Below are positions 40,938 through 55,274 of a DNA stretch of 64,000 bases, in pieces. The translations under genes were made by a program, and so were the position numbers. Below the pieces are notes generated by a model that was not told the DNA's origin, did no database searches, and worked only from the letters and a program-made list of their open reading frames with translations. Location: NCBI RefSeq assembly GCF_009914755.1, contig NC_060939.1. One strand, 5' to 3'. Source of the DNA: the human T2T-CHM13v2.0 reference genome, Homo sapiens. The stretch's first letter is position 1; the number at the start of each line of letters is the position of its first letter.

Positions 40938-43900
40938 TTGAGTCCATTCAATTCCATTCCTTTCGTTTCCATTCCATTTGATGCCATTCCATTCAATTCT
41001 GTTCTACTCGACTCCAATACATTCAATTCCATTCCATCCGATTCCATTACATTCTTTTCATTTCTTATCCATTTCAAGCCATTCCACTCCATTCCATTCC
41101 ACTCGTTTCCTTTCCATTCGAGTCCATTCCTCTCCAGTCCATTCCGTTCAATCCATTCCATTCCAGTCCATTCCATTCGAGTCTGTTCCATTCCAGTCCA
41201 TTCCATTCGAGTCAATTCCATCCCATTCGATGTCTTTCCATAACGATCCATTCCATTCTATTCCTTTCGATTCCATTCCATTCTATTTCATTCCATTCGA
41301 TTCCCTTCCATTGGACTCCTTTCCATTCGAGTGCATTCCATTCCGTTCCATTTCTTTCCGTTCTGTACGATTCCTACCGTTCGATTTCATTTTCTTCCAG
41401 TCCATTCTTTCGCGTCCATTCCATTCCATTTCACTCCATTCGATTCCATTCCACTCGATTCCACTTCGTTCCATTTCATTGCATTCCATTCTATTCAACT
41501 CTATTGCCTTCCATTCCATTCCATTCGATTACATTCCATGCGATTCCATTCGAAATCGAATCAATTACATTGCAATCCATTACTATTGAGTCCGTTTTAT
41601 TCCAGTCCACTGCATTCTGGTCCATTCCATTTGATTCCATTCCATTCTATTCCATTCCATACAGTTGCATTCCATTGGATTCCATGCTATATCTATAAAT
41701 TCAATTCGAGACCATTGCTTTTGAGTCCATTCTATATGATTCCATTCCATTCAAGTCCATTACATTTGGTTCAATTCCATTCCATTCCATTCCCTTCCAT
41801 TCCATTCCAGTTGATATCAATCCATTCGATTCCATTCCATTCGAGCACATTCCATTCGAGTCCATTCCATTCGATGCCATTCCATTTGATTCTATTCCAT
41901 TAGTCTCCATTCAATTCCATTAATCTCCATTCCATTCCATTCTACTCCAACTGATTCCATTCCATTCTGTTCCTTTCCATTCCATTTCATTCCATTCCAT
42001 TCCATTCCATTCCATTCCATTCCATTCCATTCCATTCGTGTCCATTCCACTCCAGTCCATTCCATTCGTATCCATTCCATTCCAGTCCATTCCATTTGTG
42101 TCCACTGCATTCCATTCCACTCCATTCCATATTATTCCATTACACTCCATTCCATTCTATTACTTTCATTTCCATTCAATTCCATTCCATTTGATTCCAT
42201 TCCACTCGGTTTCATTCCATTTGAGTCCACTCCATTCCATTCCATTCCATTCAGTTCCATTCCATTCTGTTCCATTCCATTCCGTTCCGTTACATTCCAT
42301 TCCATTCGGTACCATTCCATATTGTTCCATTCGATTCCATTCGAATCCATTCCATTCCAGTCCATTCCATTCGATTCCATTCCATTCCTTTCAATTCCAT
42401 TCCATTCCATTCCATTACATTCCACTTGATTCCTCTCCATTCCCTTCCACTGCATTCCGTTCGATTCCATTCCATTGCATTGCATTCCATTCCATTGGAT
42501 TGCATTCCATTCGATTCCATTCCATTCGAATCAATTACATAGCAATCCATTACATTCGAGTCTATTCTCTTCCGTTCCATTCGATTTCGTTCCAATCCAT
42601 TCGATTCCATTCCATTCGATTCCATTCCATACTATTGCATTCCATTCGATTACATTATATTCGAATAAGTTCCATTCAAGACCATTTCTTTTGAGTCCAT
42701 TCTATTTGAGTCCATTCCCTTTGATTCCATAACATTTGAGTCCATTCAATTCCATTCCTTTCGTTTCCATTCCATTTGATGCCATTCCATTCAATTCTGT
42801 TCTACTCGACTCCAATACATTCAATTCCATTCCATCCGATTCCATTACATTCTTTTCATTTCTTATCCATTTCAAGCCATTCCACTCCATTCCATTCCAC
42901 TCGTTTCCTTTCCATTCGAGTCCATTCCTCTCCAGTCCATTCCGTTCAATCCATTCCATTCCAGTCCATTCCATTCGAGTCCGTTCCATTCCAGTCCATT
43001 CCATTCGAGTCAATTCCATTCCATTCGATGTCTTTCCATAACGATCCATTCCATTCTATTCCTTTCGATTCCATTCCATTCTATTTCATTCCATTCGATT
43101 CCCTTCCATTGGACTCCTTTCCATTCGAGTGCATTCCATTCCGTTCCATTTCTTTCCGTTCTGTACGATTCCTACCGTTCGATTTCATTTTGTTCCAGTC
43201 CATTCTTTCGCGTCCATTCCATTCCATTTCACTCCATTCGATTCCATTCCACTCGATTCCACTTCGTTCCATTTCATTGCATTCCATTCTATTCAACTCT
43301 ATTGCCTTCCATTCCATTCCATTCCATTACATTCCATGCGATTCCATTCGAAATCGAATCAATTACATTGCAAACCATTACTATTGAGTCCGTTTTATTC
43401 CAGTCCACTGCATTCTGGTCCATTCCATTTGATTCCATTCCATTCTATTCCATTCCATACAGTTGCATTCCATTGGATTCCATGCTATATCTATAAATTC
43501 AATTCGAGACCATTGCTTTTGAGTCCATTCTATATGATTCCATTCCATTCAAGTCCATTACATTTGGTTCAATTCCATTCCATTCGGTTCAATTCCATTC
43601 CATTCCATTCCCTTCCATTCCATTCCAGTTGATATCAATCCATTCGATTCCATTCCATTCGAGCACATTCCATTCGAGTCCATTCCATTCGATGCCATTC
43701 CATTTGATTCTATTCCATTAGTCTCCATTCAATTCCATTAATCTCCATTCCATTCCATTCTACTCCAACTGATTCCATTCCATTCTATTCCTTTCCATTC
43801 CATTTCATTCCATTCCATTCCATTCCATTCCATTCCATTCCATTCGTGACCATTCCACTCCAGTCCATTCCATTCGTATCCATTCCATTCCAGTCCATTC

Positions 43901-46900
43901 CATTTGTGTCCACTGCATTCCATTCCACTCCATTCCATATTATTCCATTACACTCCATTCCATTCTATTACTTTCATTTCCATTCAATTCCATTCCATTT
44001 GATTCCATTCCACTCGGTTTCATTCCATTTGAGTCCACTCCATTCCATTCCATTCCATTCAGTTCCATTCCATTCTGTTCCATTCCATTCCGTTCCATTA
44101 CATTCCATTCCATTCGGTACCATTCCATATTGTTCCATTCGATTCCATTCGAATCCATTCCATTCCAGTCCATTCCATTCGATTCCATTCCATTCCTTTC
44201 AATTCCATTCCATTCCATTCCATTACATTCCACTTGATTCCTCTCCATTCCCTTCCACTGCATTCCGTTCGATTCCATTCCATTGCATTGCATTCCATTC
44301 CATTGGATTGCATTCCATTCGACTCCATTCCATTCGAATCAATTACATAGCAATCCATTACATTCGAGTCTATTCTCTTCCGTTCCATTCGATTTCGTTC
44401 CAATCCATTCGATTCCATTCCATTCGATTCCATTCCATACTATTGCATTCCATTCGATTACATTATATTCGAATAAGTTCCATTCAAGACCATTTCTTTT
44501 GAGTCCATTCTATTTGAGTCCATTCCCTTTGATTCCATAACATTTGAGTCCATTCAATTCCATTCCTTTCGTTTCCATTCCATTTGATGCCATTCCATTC
44601 AATTCTGTTCTACTCGACTCCAATACATTCAATTCCATTCCTTCCGATTCCATTACATTCTTTTCATTTCTTATCCATTTCAAGCCATTCCACTCCATTC
44701 CATTCCACTCGTTTCCTTTCCATTCGAGTCCATTCCTCTCCAGTCCATTCCGTTCAATCCATTCCATTCCAGTCCATTCCATTCGAGTCCGTTCCATTCC
44801 AGTCCATTCCATTCGAGTCAATTCCATCCCATTCGATGTCTTTCCATAACGATCCATTCCATTCTATTCCTTTCGATTCCATTCCATTCTATTTCATTCC
44901 ATTCGATTCCCTTCCATTGGACTCCTTTCCATTCGAGTGCATTCCATTCCGTTCCATTTCTTTCCGTTCTGTACGATTCCTACCGTTCGATTTCATTTTC
45001 TTCCAGTCCATTCTTTCGCGTCCATTCCATTCCATTTCACTCCATTCGATTCCATTCCACTCGATTCCACTTCGTTCCATTTCATTGCATTCCATTCTAT
45101 TCAACTCTATTGCCTTCCATTCCATTCCATTCGATTACATTCCATGCGATTCCATTCGAAATCGAATCAATTACATTGCAATCCATTACTATTGAGTCCG
45201 TTTTATTCCAGTCCACTGCATTCTGGTCCATTCCATTTGATTCCATTCCATTCTATTCCATTCCATACAGTTGCATTCCATTGGATTCCATGCTATATCT
45301 ATAAATTCAATTCGAGACCATTGCTTTTGAGTCCATTCTATATGATTCCATTCCATTCAAGTCCATTACATTTGGTTAAATTCCATTCCATTCGGTTCAA
45401 TTCCATTCCATTCCATTCCCTTCCATTCCATTCCAGTTGATATCAATCCATTCGATTCCATTCCATTCGAGCACATTCCATTCGAGTCCATTCCAATCGA
45501 TGCCATTCCATTTGATTCTATTCCATTAGTCTCCATTCAATTCCATTAATCTCCATTCCATTCCATTCTACTCCAACTGATTCCATTCCATTCTATTCCT
45601 TTCCATTCCATTCCATTCCATTCCATTCCATTCCATTCCATTCGTGTCCATTCCACTCCAGTCCATTCCATTCGTATCCATTCCATTCCAGTCCATTCCA
45701 TTTGTGTCCACTGCATTCCATTCCACTCCATTCCATATTATTCCATTACACTCCATTCCATTCTATTACTTTCATTTCCATTCAATTCCATTCCATTTGA
45801 TTCCATTCCACTCGGTTTCATTCCATTTGAGTCCACTCCATTCCATTCCATTCCATTCAGTTCCATTCCATTCTGTTCCATTCCATTCCGTTCCATTACA
45901 TTCCATTCCATTCGGTACCATTCCATATTGTTCCATTCGATTCCATTCGAATCCATTCCATTCCAGTCCATTCCATTCGATTCCATTCCATTCCTTTCAA
46001 TTCCATTCCATTCCATTCCATTACATTCCACTTGATTCCTCTCCATTCCCTTCCACTGCATTCCGTTCGATTCCATTCCATTGCATTGCATTCCATTCCA
46101 TTGGATTGCATTCCATTCGATTCCATTCCATTCGAATCAATTACATAGCAATCCATTACATTCGAGTCTATTCTCTTCCGTTCCATTCGATTTCGTTCCA
46201 ATCCATTCGATTCCATTCCATTCGATTCCATTCCATACTATTGCATTCCATTCGATTACATTATATTCGAATAAGTTCCATTCAAGACCATTTCTTTTGA
46301 GTCCATTCTATTTGAGTCCATTCCCTTTGATTCCATAACATTTGAGTCCATTCAATTCCATTCCTTTCGTTTCCATTCCATTTGATGCCATTCCATTCAA
46401 TTCTGTTCTACTCGACTCCAATACATTCAATTCCATTCCATCCGATTCCATTACATTCTTTTCATTTCTTATCCATTTCAAGCCATTCCACTCCATTCCA
46501 TTCCACTCGTTTCCTTTCCATTCGAGTCCATTCCTCTCCAGTCCATTCCGTTCAATCCATTCCATTCCAGTCCATTCCATTCGAGTCCGTTCCATTCCAG
46601 TCCATTCCATTCGAGTCAATTCCATTCCATTCGATGTCTTTCCATAACGATCCATTCCATTCTATTCCTTTCGATTCCATTCCATTCTATTTCATTCCAT
46701 TCGATTCCCTTCCATTGGACTCCTTTCCATTCGAGTGCATTCCATTCCGTTCCATTTCTTTCCGTTCTGTACGATTCCTACCGTTCGATTTCATTTTGTT
46801 CCAGTCCATTCCTTTCGCGTCCATTCCATTCCATTTCACTCCATTCGATTCCATTCCACTCGATTCCACTTCGTTCCATTTCATTGCATTCCATTCTATT

Positions 46901-49900
46901 CAACTCTATTGCCTTCCATTCCATTCCATTCGATTACATTCCATGCGATTCCATTCGAAATCGAATCAATTACATTGCAAACCATTACTATTGAGTCCGT
47001 TTTATTCCAGTCCACTGCATTCTGGTCCATTCCATTTGATTCCATTCCATTCTATTCCATTCCATACAGTTGCATTCCATTGGATTCCATGCTATATCTA
47101 TAAATTCAATTCGAGACCATTGCTTTTGAGTCCATTCTATATGATTCCATTCCATTCAAGTCCATTACATTTGGTTAAATTCCATTCCATTCGGTTCAAT
47201 TCCATTCCATTCCATTCCCTTCCATTCCATTCCAGTTGATATCAATCCATTCGATTCCATTCCATTCGAGCACATTCCATTCGAGTCCATTCCATTCGAT
47301 GCCATTCCATTTGATTCTATTCCATTAGTCTCCATTCAATTCCATTAATCTCCATTCCATTCCATTCTACTCCAACTGATTCCATTCCATTCTATTCCTT
47401 TCCATTCCATTTCATTCCATTCCATTCCATTCCATTCGTGTCCATTCCACTCCAGTCCATTCCATTCGTATCCATTCCATTCCAGTCCATTCCATTTGTG
47501 TCCACTGCATTCCATTCCACTCCATTCCGTATTATTCCATTACACTCCATTCCATTCTATTACTTTCATTTCCATTCAATTCCATTCCATTTGATTCCAT
47601 TCCACTCGGTTTCATTCCATTTGAGTCCACTCCATTCCATTCCATTCCATTCAGTTCCATTCCATTCTGTTCCATTCCATTCCGTTCCATTACATTCCAT
47701 TCCATTCGGTACCATTCCATATTGTTCCATTCGATTCCATTCGAATCCATTCCATTCCAGTCCATTCCATTCGATTCCATTCCATTCCTTTCAATTCCAT
47801 TCCATTCCATTCCATTACATTCCACTTGATTCCTCTCCATTCCCTTCCACTGCATTCCGTTCGATTCCATTCCATTGCATTGCATTCCATTCCATTGGAT
47901 TGCATTCCATTCGATTCCATTCCATTCGAATCAATTACATAGCAATCCATTACATTCGAGTCTATTCTCTTCCGTTCCATTCGATTTCGTTCCAATCCAT
48001 TCGATTCCATTCCATTCGATTCCATTCCATACTATTGCATTCCATTCGATTACATTATATTCGAATAAGTTCCATTCAAGACCATTTCTTTTGAGTCCAT
48101 TCTATTTGAGTCCATTCCCTTTGATTCCATAACATTTGAGTCCATTCAATTCCATTCCTTTCGTTTCCATTCCATTTGATGCCATTCCATTCAATTCTGT
48201 TCTACTCGACTCCAATACATTCAATTCCATTCCATCCGATTCCATTACATTCTTTTCATTTCTTATCCATTTCAAGCCATTCCACTCCATTCCATTCCAC
48301 TCGTTTCCTTTCCATTCGAGTCCATTCCTCTCCAGTCCATTCCGTTCAATCCATTCCATTCCAGTCCATTCCATTCGAGTCCGTTCCATTCCAGTCCATT
48401 CCATTCGAGTCAATTCCATCCCATTCGATGTCTTTCCATAACGATCCATTCCATTCTATTCCTTTCGATTCCATTCCATTCTATTTCATTCCATTCGATT
48501 CTCTTCCATTGGACTCCTTTCCATTGGAGTGCATTCCATTCCGTTCCATTTCTTTCCGTTCTGTACGATTCCTACCGTTCGATTTCATTTTGTTCCAGTC
48601 CATTCTTTCGCGTCCATTCCATTCCATTTCACTCCATTCGATTCCATTCCACTCGATTCCACTTCGTTCCATTTCATTGCATTCCATTCTATTCAACTCT
48701 ATTGCCTTCCATTCCATTCCATTCGATTACATTCCATGCGATTCCATTCGAAATCGAATCAATTACATTGCAATCCATTACTATTGAGTCCGTTTTATTC
48801 CAGTCCACTGCATTCTGGTCCATTCCATTTGATTCCATTCCATTCTATTCCATTCCATACAGTTGCATTCCATTGGATTCCATGCTATATCTATAAATTC
48901 AATTCGAGACCATTGCTTTTGAGTCCATTCTATATGATTCCATTCCATTCAAGTCCATTACATTTGGTTAAATTCCATTCCATTCGGTTCAATTCCATTC
49001 CATTCCATTCCCTTCCATTCCATTCCAGTTGATATCAATCCATTCGATTCCATTCCATTCGAGCACATTCCATTCGAGTCCATTCCATTCGATGCCATTC
49101 CATTTGATTCTATTCCATTAGTCTCCATTCAATTCCATTAATCTCCATTCCATTCCATTCTACTCCAACTGATTCCATTCCATTCTATTCCTTTCCATTC
49201 CATTTCATTCCATTCCATTCCATTCCATTCGTGTCCATTCCACTCCAGTCCATTCCATTCGTATCCATTCCATTCCAGTCCATTCCATTTGTGTCCACTG
49301 CATTCCATTCCACTCCATTCCATATTATTCCATTACACTCCATTCCATTCTATTACTTTCATTTCCATTCAATTCCATTCCATTTGATTCCATTCCACTC
49401 GGTTTCATTCCATTTGAGTCCACTCCATTCCATTCCATTCCATTCAGTTCCATTCCATTCTGTTCCATTCCATTCCGTTCCATTACATTCCATTCCATTC
49501 GGTACCATTCCATATTGTTCCATTCGATTCCATTCGAATCCATTCCATTCCAGTCCATTCCATTCGATTCCATTCCATTCCTTTCAATTCCATTCCATTC
49601 CATTCCATTACATTCCACTTGATTCCTCTCCATTCCCTTCCACTGCATTCCGTTCGATTCCATTCCATTGCATTGCATTCCATTCCATTGGATTGCATTC
49701 CATTCGATTCCATTCCATTCGAATCAATTACATAGCAATCCATTACATTCGAGTCTATTCTCTTCCGTTCCATTCGATTTCGTTCCAATCCATTCGATTC
49801 CATTCCATTCGATTCCATTCCATACTATTGCATTCCATTCGATTACATTATATTCGAATAAGTTCCATTCAAGACCATTTCTTTTGAGTCCATTCTATTT

Positions 49901-51721
49901 GAGTCCATTCCCTTTGATTCCATAACATTTGAGTCCATTCAATTCCATTCCTTTCGTTTCCATTCCATTTGATGCCATTCCATTCAATTCTGTTCTACTC
50001 GACTCCAATACATTCAATTCCATTCCATCCGATTCCATTACATTCTTTTCATTTCTTATCCATTTCAAGCCATTCCACTCCATTCCATTCCACTCGTTTC
50101 CTTTCCATTCGAGTCCATTCCTCTCCAGTCCATTCCGTTCAATCCATTCCATTCCAGTCCATTCCATTCGAGTCTGTTCCATTCCAGTCCATTCCATTCG
50201 AGTCAATTCCATCCCATTCGATGTCTTTCCATAACGATCCATTCCATTCTATTCCTTTCAATTCCATTCCATTCTATTTCATTCCATTCGATTCCCTTCC
50301 ATTGGACTCCTTTCCATTCGAGTGCATTCCATTCCGTTCCATTTCTTTCCGTTCTGTACGATTCCTACCGTTCGATTTCATTTTGTTCCAGTCCATTCTT
50401 TCGCGTCCATTCCATTCCATTTCACTCCATTCGATTCCATTCCACTCGATTCCACTTCGTTCCATTTCATTGCATTCCATTCTATTCAACTCTATTGCCT
50501 TCCATTCCATTCCATTCCATTACATTCCATGCGATTCCATTCGAAATCGAATCAATTACATTGCAATCCATTACTATTGAGTCCGTTTTATTCCAGTCCA
50601 CTGCATTCTGGTCCATTCCATTTGATTCCATTCCATTCTATTCCATTCCATACAGTTGCATTCCATTGGATTCCATGCTATATCTATAAATTCAATTCGA
50701 GACCATTGCTTTTGAGTCCATTCTATATGATTCCATTCCATTCAAGTCCATTACATTTGGTTAAATTCCATTCCATTCGGTTCAATTCCATTCCATTCCA
50801 TTCCCTTCCATTCCATTCCAGTTGATATCAATCCATTCGATTCCATTCCATTCGAGCACATTCCATTCGAGTCCATTCCATTCGATGCCATTCCATTTGA
50901 TTCTATTCCATTAGTCTCCATTCAATTCCATTAATCTCCATTCCATTCCATTCTACTCCAACTGATTCCATTCCATTCTATTCCTTTCCATTCCATTTCA
51001 TTCCATTCCATTCCATTCCATTCGTGTCCATTCCACTCCAGTCCATTCCATTCGTATCCATTCCATTCCAGTCCATTCCATTTGTGTCCACTGCATTCCA
51101 TTCCACTCCATTCCATATTATTCCATTACACTCCATTCCATTCTATTACTTTCATTTCCATTCAATTCCATTCCATTTGATTCCATTCCACTCGGTTTCA
51201 TTCCATTTGAGTCCACTCCATTCCATTCCATTCCATTCAGTTCCATTCCATTCTGTTCCATTCCATTCCGTTCCATTACATTCCATTCCATTCGGTACCA
51301 TTCCATATTGTTCCATTCGATTCCATTCGAATCCATTCCATTCCAGTCCATTCCATTCGATTCCATTCCATTCCTTTCAATTCCATTTCATTCCATTCCA
51401 TTACATTCCACTTGATTCCTCTCCATTCCCTTCCACTGCATTCCGTTCGATTCCATTCCATTGCATTGCATTCCATTCCATTGGATTGCATTCCATTCGA
51501 TTCCATTCCATTCGAATCAATTACATAGCAATCCATTACATTCGAGTCTATTCTCTTCCGTTCCATTCGATTTCGTTCCAATCCATTCGATTCCATTCCA
51601 TTCGATTCCATTCCATACTATTGCATTCCATTCGATTACATTATATTCGAATAAGTTCCATTCAAGACCATTTCTTTTGAGTCCATTCTATTTGAGTCCA
51701 TTCCCTTTGATTCCATAACAT

Positions 51722-53500
51722 TTGAGTCCATTCAATTCCATTCCTTTCGTTTCCATTCCATTTGATGCCATTCCATTCAATTCTGTTCTACTCGACTCCA
51801 ATACATTCAATTCCATTCCATCCGATTCCATTACATTCTTTTCATTTCTTATCCATTTCAAGCCATTCCACTCCATTCCATTCCACTCGTTTCCTTTCCA
51901 TTCGAGTCCATTCCTCTCCAGTCCATTCCGTTCAATCCATTCCATTCCAGTCCATTCCATTCGAGTCCGTTCCATTCCAGTCCATTTCATTCGAGTCAAT
52001 TCCATCCCATTCGATGTCTTTCCATAACGATCCATTCCATTCTATTCCTTTCGATTCCATTCCATTCTATTTCATTCCATTCGATTCCCTTCCATTGGAC
52101 TCCTTTCCATTCGAGTGCATTCCATTCCGTTCCATTTCTTTCCGTTCTGTACGATTCCTACCGTTCGATTTCATTTTGTTCCAGTCCATTCCTTTCGCGT
52201 CCATTCCATTCCATTTCACTCCATTCGATTCCATTCCACTCGATTCCACTTCGTTCCATTTCATTGCATTCCATTCTATTCAACTCTATTGCCTTCCATT
52301 CCATTCCATTCGATTACATTCCATGCGATTCCATTCGAAATCGAATCAATTACATTGCAAACCATTACTATTGAGTCCGTTTTATTCCAGTCCACTGCAT
52401 TCTTGTCCATTCCATTTGATTCCATTCCATTCTATTCCATTCCATACAGTTGCATTCCATTGGATTCCATGCTATATCTATAAATTCAATTCGAGACCAT
52501 TGCTTTTGAGTCCATTCTATATGATTCCATTCCATTCAAGTCCATTACATTTGGTTCAATTCCATTCCATTCCATTCCCTTTCATTCCATTCCATTTGAT
52601 ATCAATCCATTCGATTCCATTCCATTCGAGCACATTCCATTCGAGTCCATTCCATTCGATGCCATTCCATTTGATTCTATTCCATTAGTCTCCATTCAAT
52701 TCCATTAATCTCCATTCCATTCCATTCTACTCCAACTGATTCCATTCCATTCTATTCCTTTCCATTCCATTTCATTCCATTCCATTCCATTTCATTCCGT
52801 TCCATTCCACTCGTGTCCATTCCACTCCAGTCCATTCCATTCGTGTCCATTCCATTCCAGTCCATTCCATTTGTGTCCACTGCATTCCATTCCACTCCAT
52901 TCCATATTATTCCATTACACTCCATTCCATTCTATTACTTTCATTTCCATTCAATTCCATTCCATTTGATTCCATTCCACTCGGTTTCATTCCATTTGAG
53001 TCCACTCCATTCCATTCCATTCCATTCCATTCAGTTCCATTCCATTCCGTTCCATTACATTCCATTCCATTCGGTACCATTCCATATTGTTCCATTCGAT
53101 TCCATTCGAATCCATTCCATTCCAGTCCATTCCATTCGATTCCATTCCATTCATTTCAATTCCATTCCATTCCATTCCATTCCATTCCACTTGATTCCTC
53201 TCCATTCCCTTCCACTGCATTCCGTTCGATTCCATTCCATTGCATTGCATTCCATTCCTTTGGATTGCATTCCATTCGATTCCATTCCATTCGAATCAAT
53301 TACATAGCAATCCATTACATTCGAGTCTATTCTATTCCGTTCCATTCGATTTCGTTCCAATCCATTCGATTCCATTCCATTCGATTCCATTCCATACTAT
53401 TGCATTCCATTCGATTACATTATATTCGAATAAGTTCCATTCAAGACCATTTCTTTTGAGTCCATTCTATTTGAGTCCATTCCCTTTGATTCCATAACAT
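51722..53500 (+). repeat. Type-C variant unit (unit 29, 1779 bp)
   Basis: Same diagnostic set; CAAACC at 52358. Confidence 0.85.
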
Positions 53501-55274
53501 TTGAGTCCATTCAATTCCATTCCTTTCGTTTCCATTCCATTTGATGCCATTCCATTCAATTCTGTTCTACTCGACTCCAATACATTCAATTCCATTCCAT
53601 CCGATTCCATTACATTCTTTTCATTTCTTATCCATTTCAAGCCATTCCACTCCATTCCATTCCACTCGTTTCCTTTCCATTCGAGTCCATTCCTCTCCAG
53701 TCCATTCCGTTCAATCCATTCCATTCCAGTCCATTCCATTCGAGTCCGTTCCATTCCAGTCCATTCCATTCGAGTCAATTCCATCCCATTCGATGTCTTT
53801 CCATAACGATCTATTCCATTCTATTCCTTTCGATTCCATTCCATTCTATTTCATTCCATTCGATTCCCTTCCATTGGACTCCTTTCCATTCGAGTGCATT
53901 CCATTCCGTTCCATTTCTTTCCGTTCTGTACGATTCCTACCGTTCGATTTCATTTTGTTCCAGTCCATTCCTTTCGCGTCCATTCCATTCCATTTCACTC
54001 CATTCGATTCCATTCCACTCGATTCCACTTCGTTCCATTTCATTGCATTCCATTCTATTCAACTCTATTGCCTTCCATTCCATTCCATTCGATTACATTC
54101 CATGCGATTCCATTCGAAATCGAATCAATTACATTGCAATCCATTACTATTGAGTCCATTTTATTCCAGTCCACTGCATTCTGGTCCATTCCATTTGATT
54201 CCATTCCATTCTATTCCATTCCATACAGTTGCATTCCATTGAACTCCATTGTATATCTATAAATTCAATTCGAGACCATTGCTTTTGAGTCCATTATATA
54301 TGATTCCATTCCATTCAAGTCCATTACATTTGGTTCAATTCCATTCCATTCCATTCCCTTCCATTCCATTCCAGTTGATATCAATCCATTCGATTCCATT
54401 CCATTCGAGCACATTCCATTCGAGTCCATTCCATTCGATGCCATTCCATTTGATTCTATTCCATTAGTCTCCATTCAATTCCATTAATCTCCATTCCATT
54501 CCATTCTACTCCAACTGATTCCATTCCATTCTATTCCTTTCCATTCCATTTCATTCCATTCCATTCCATTTCATTCCATTCCATTCCATTCCATTCCATT
54601 CGCTTCCATTCCATTCGTGTCCATTGCATTCCAGTCCATTCCGTTTGTGTCCACTGCATTCCATTCCACTCCATTCCATATTATTCCATTACACTCCATT
54701 CCATTCTATTACTTTCATTTCCATTGAATTCCATTCCATTTGATTCCATTCCACTCGGTTTCATTCCATTTGAGTCCAATCCACTCCATTCCATTCCATT
54801 CCATTCCATTCAGTTCCATTCCATTCTGTTCCATTCCATTCCGTTCCATTGCATTCCATTCCATTCGGTACCATTCCATATTGTTCCATTCGATTCCATT
54901 CGAATCCATTCCATTCCAGTCCATTCCATTCGATTCCATTCCATTCCTTTCAATTCCATTCCATTCCATTCCATTCCACTTGATTCCACTCCATTCCCTT
55001 CCACTGCATTCCATTGCATTGCATTCCATTCCATTGGACTGCATTCCATTCGATTCCATTCCATTCGAATCAATTACATAGCAATCCATTACATTCGAGT
55101 CTATTCTATTGCGTTCCATTCGATTTCGTTCCAATCCATTCGATTCCATTCCATTCGATTCCATTCCATACTATTGCATTCCATTCTATTACATTATATT
55201 CGAAAAAGTTCCATTCAAGACCATTTCTTTTGAGTCCATTCTATTTGAGTCCATTCCCTTTGATTCCATAACAT
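53501..55274 (+). repeat. Type-B variant unit (unit 30, 1774 bp)
   Basis: Same diagnostic set; GAATTC at 54726. Confidence 0.88.

Larger units (their letters stand above)
24870..42735 (+). repeat. Tandem duplication of a five-unit (~8.9-kb) block C-B-A-B-A (units 14-18 and 19-23); boundaries approximate
   Basis: Unit lengths 1779,1774,1814,1774,1813 versus 1779,1754,1808,1773,1798; private SNVs pair at offsets of ~8.92-8.95 kb. Confidence 0.85.
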
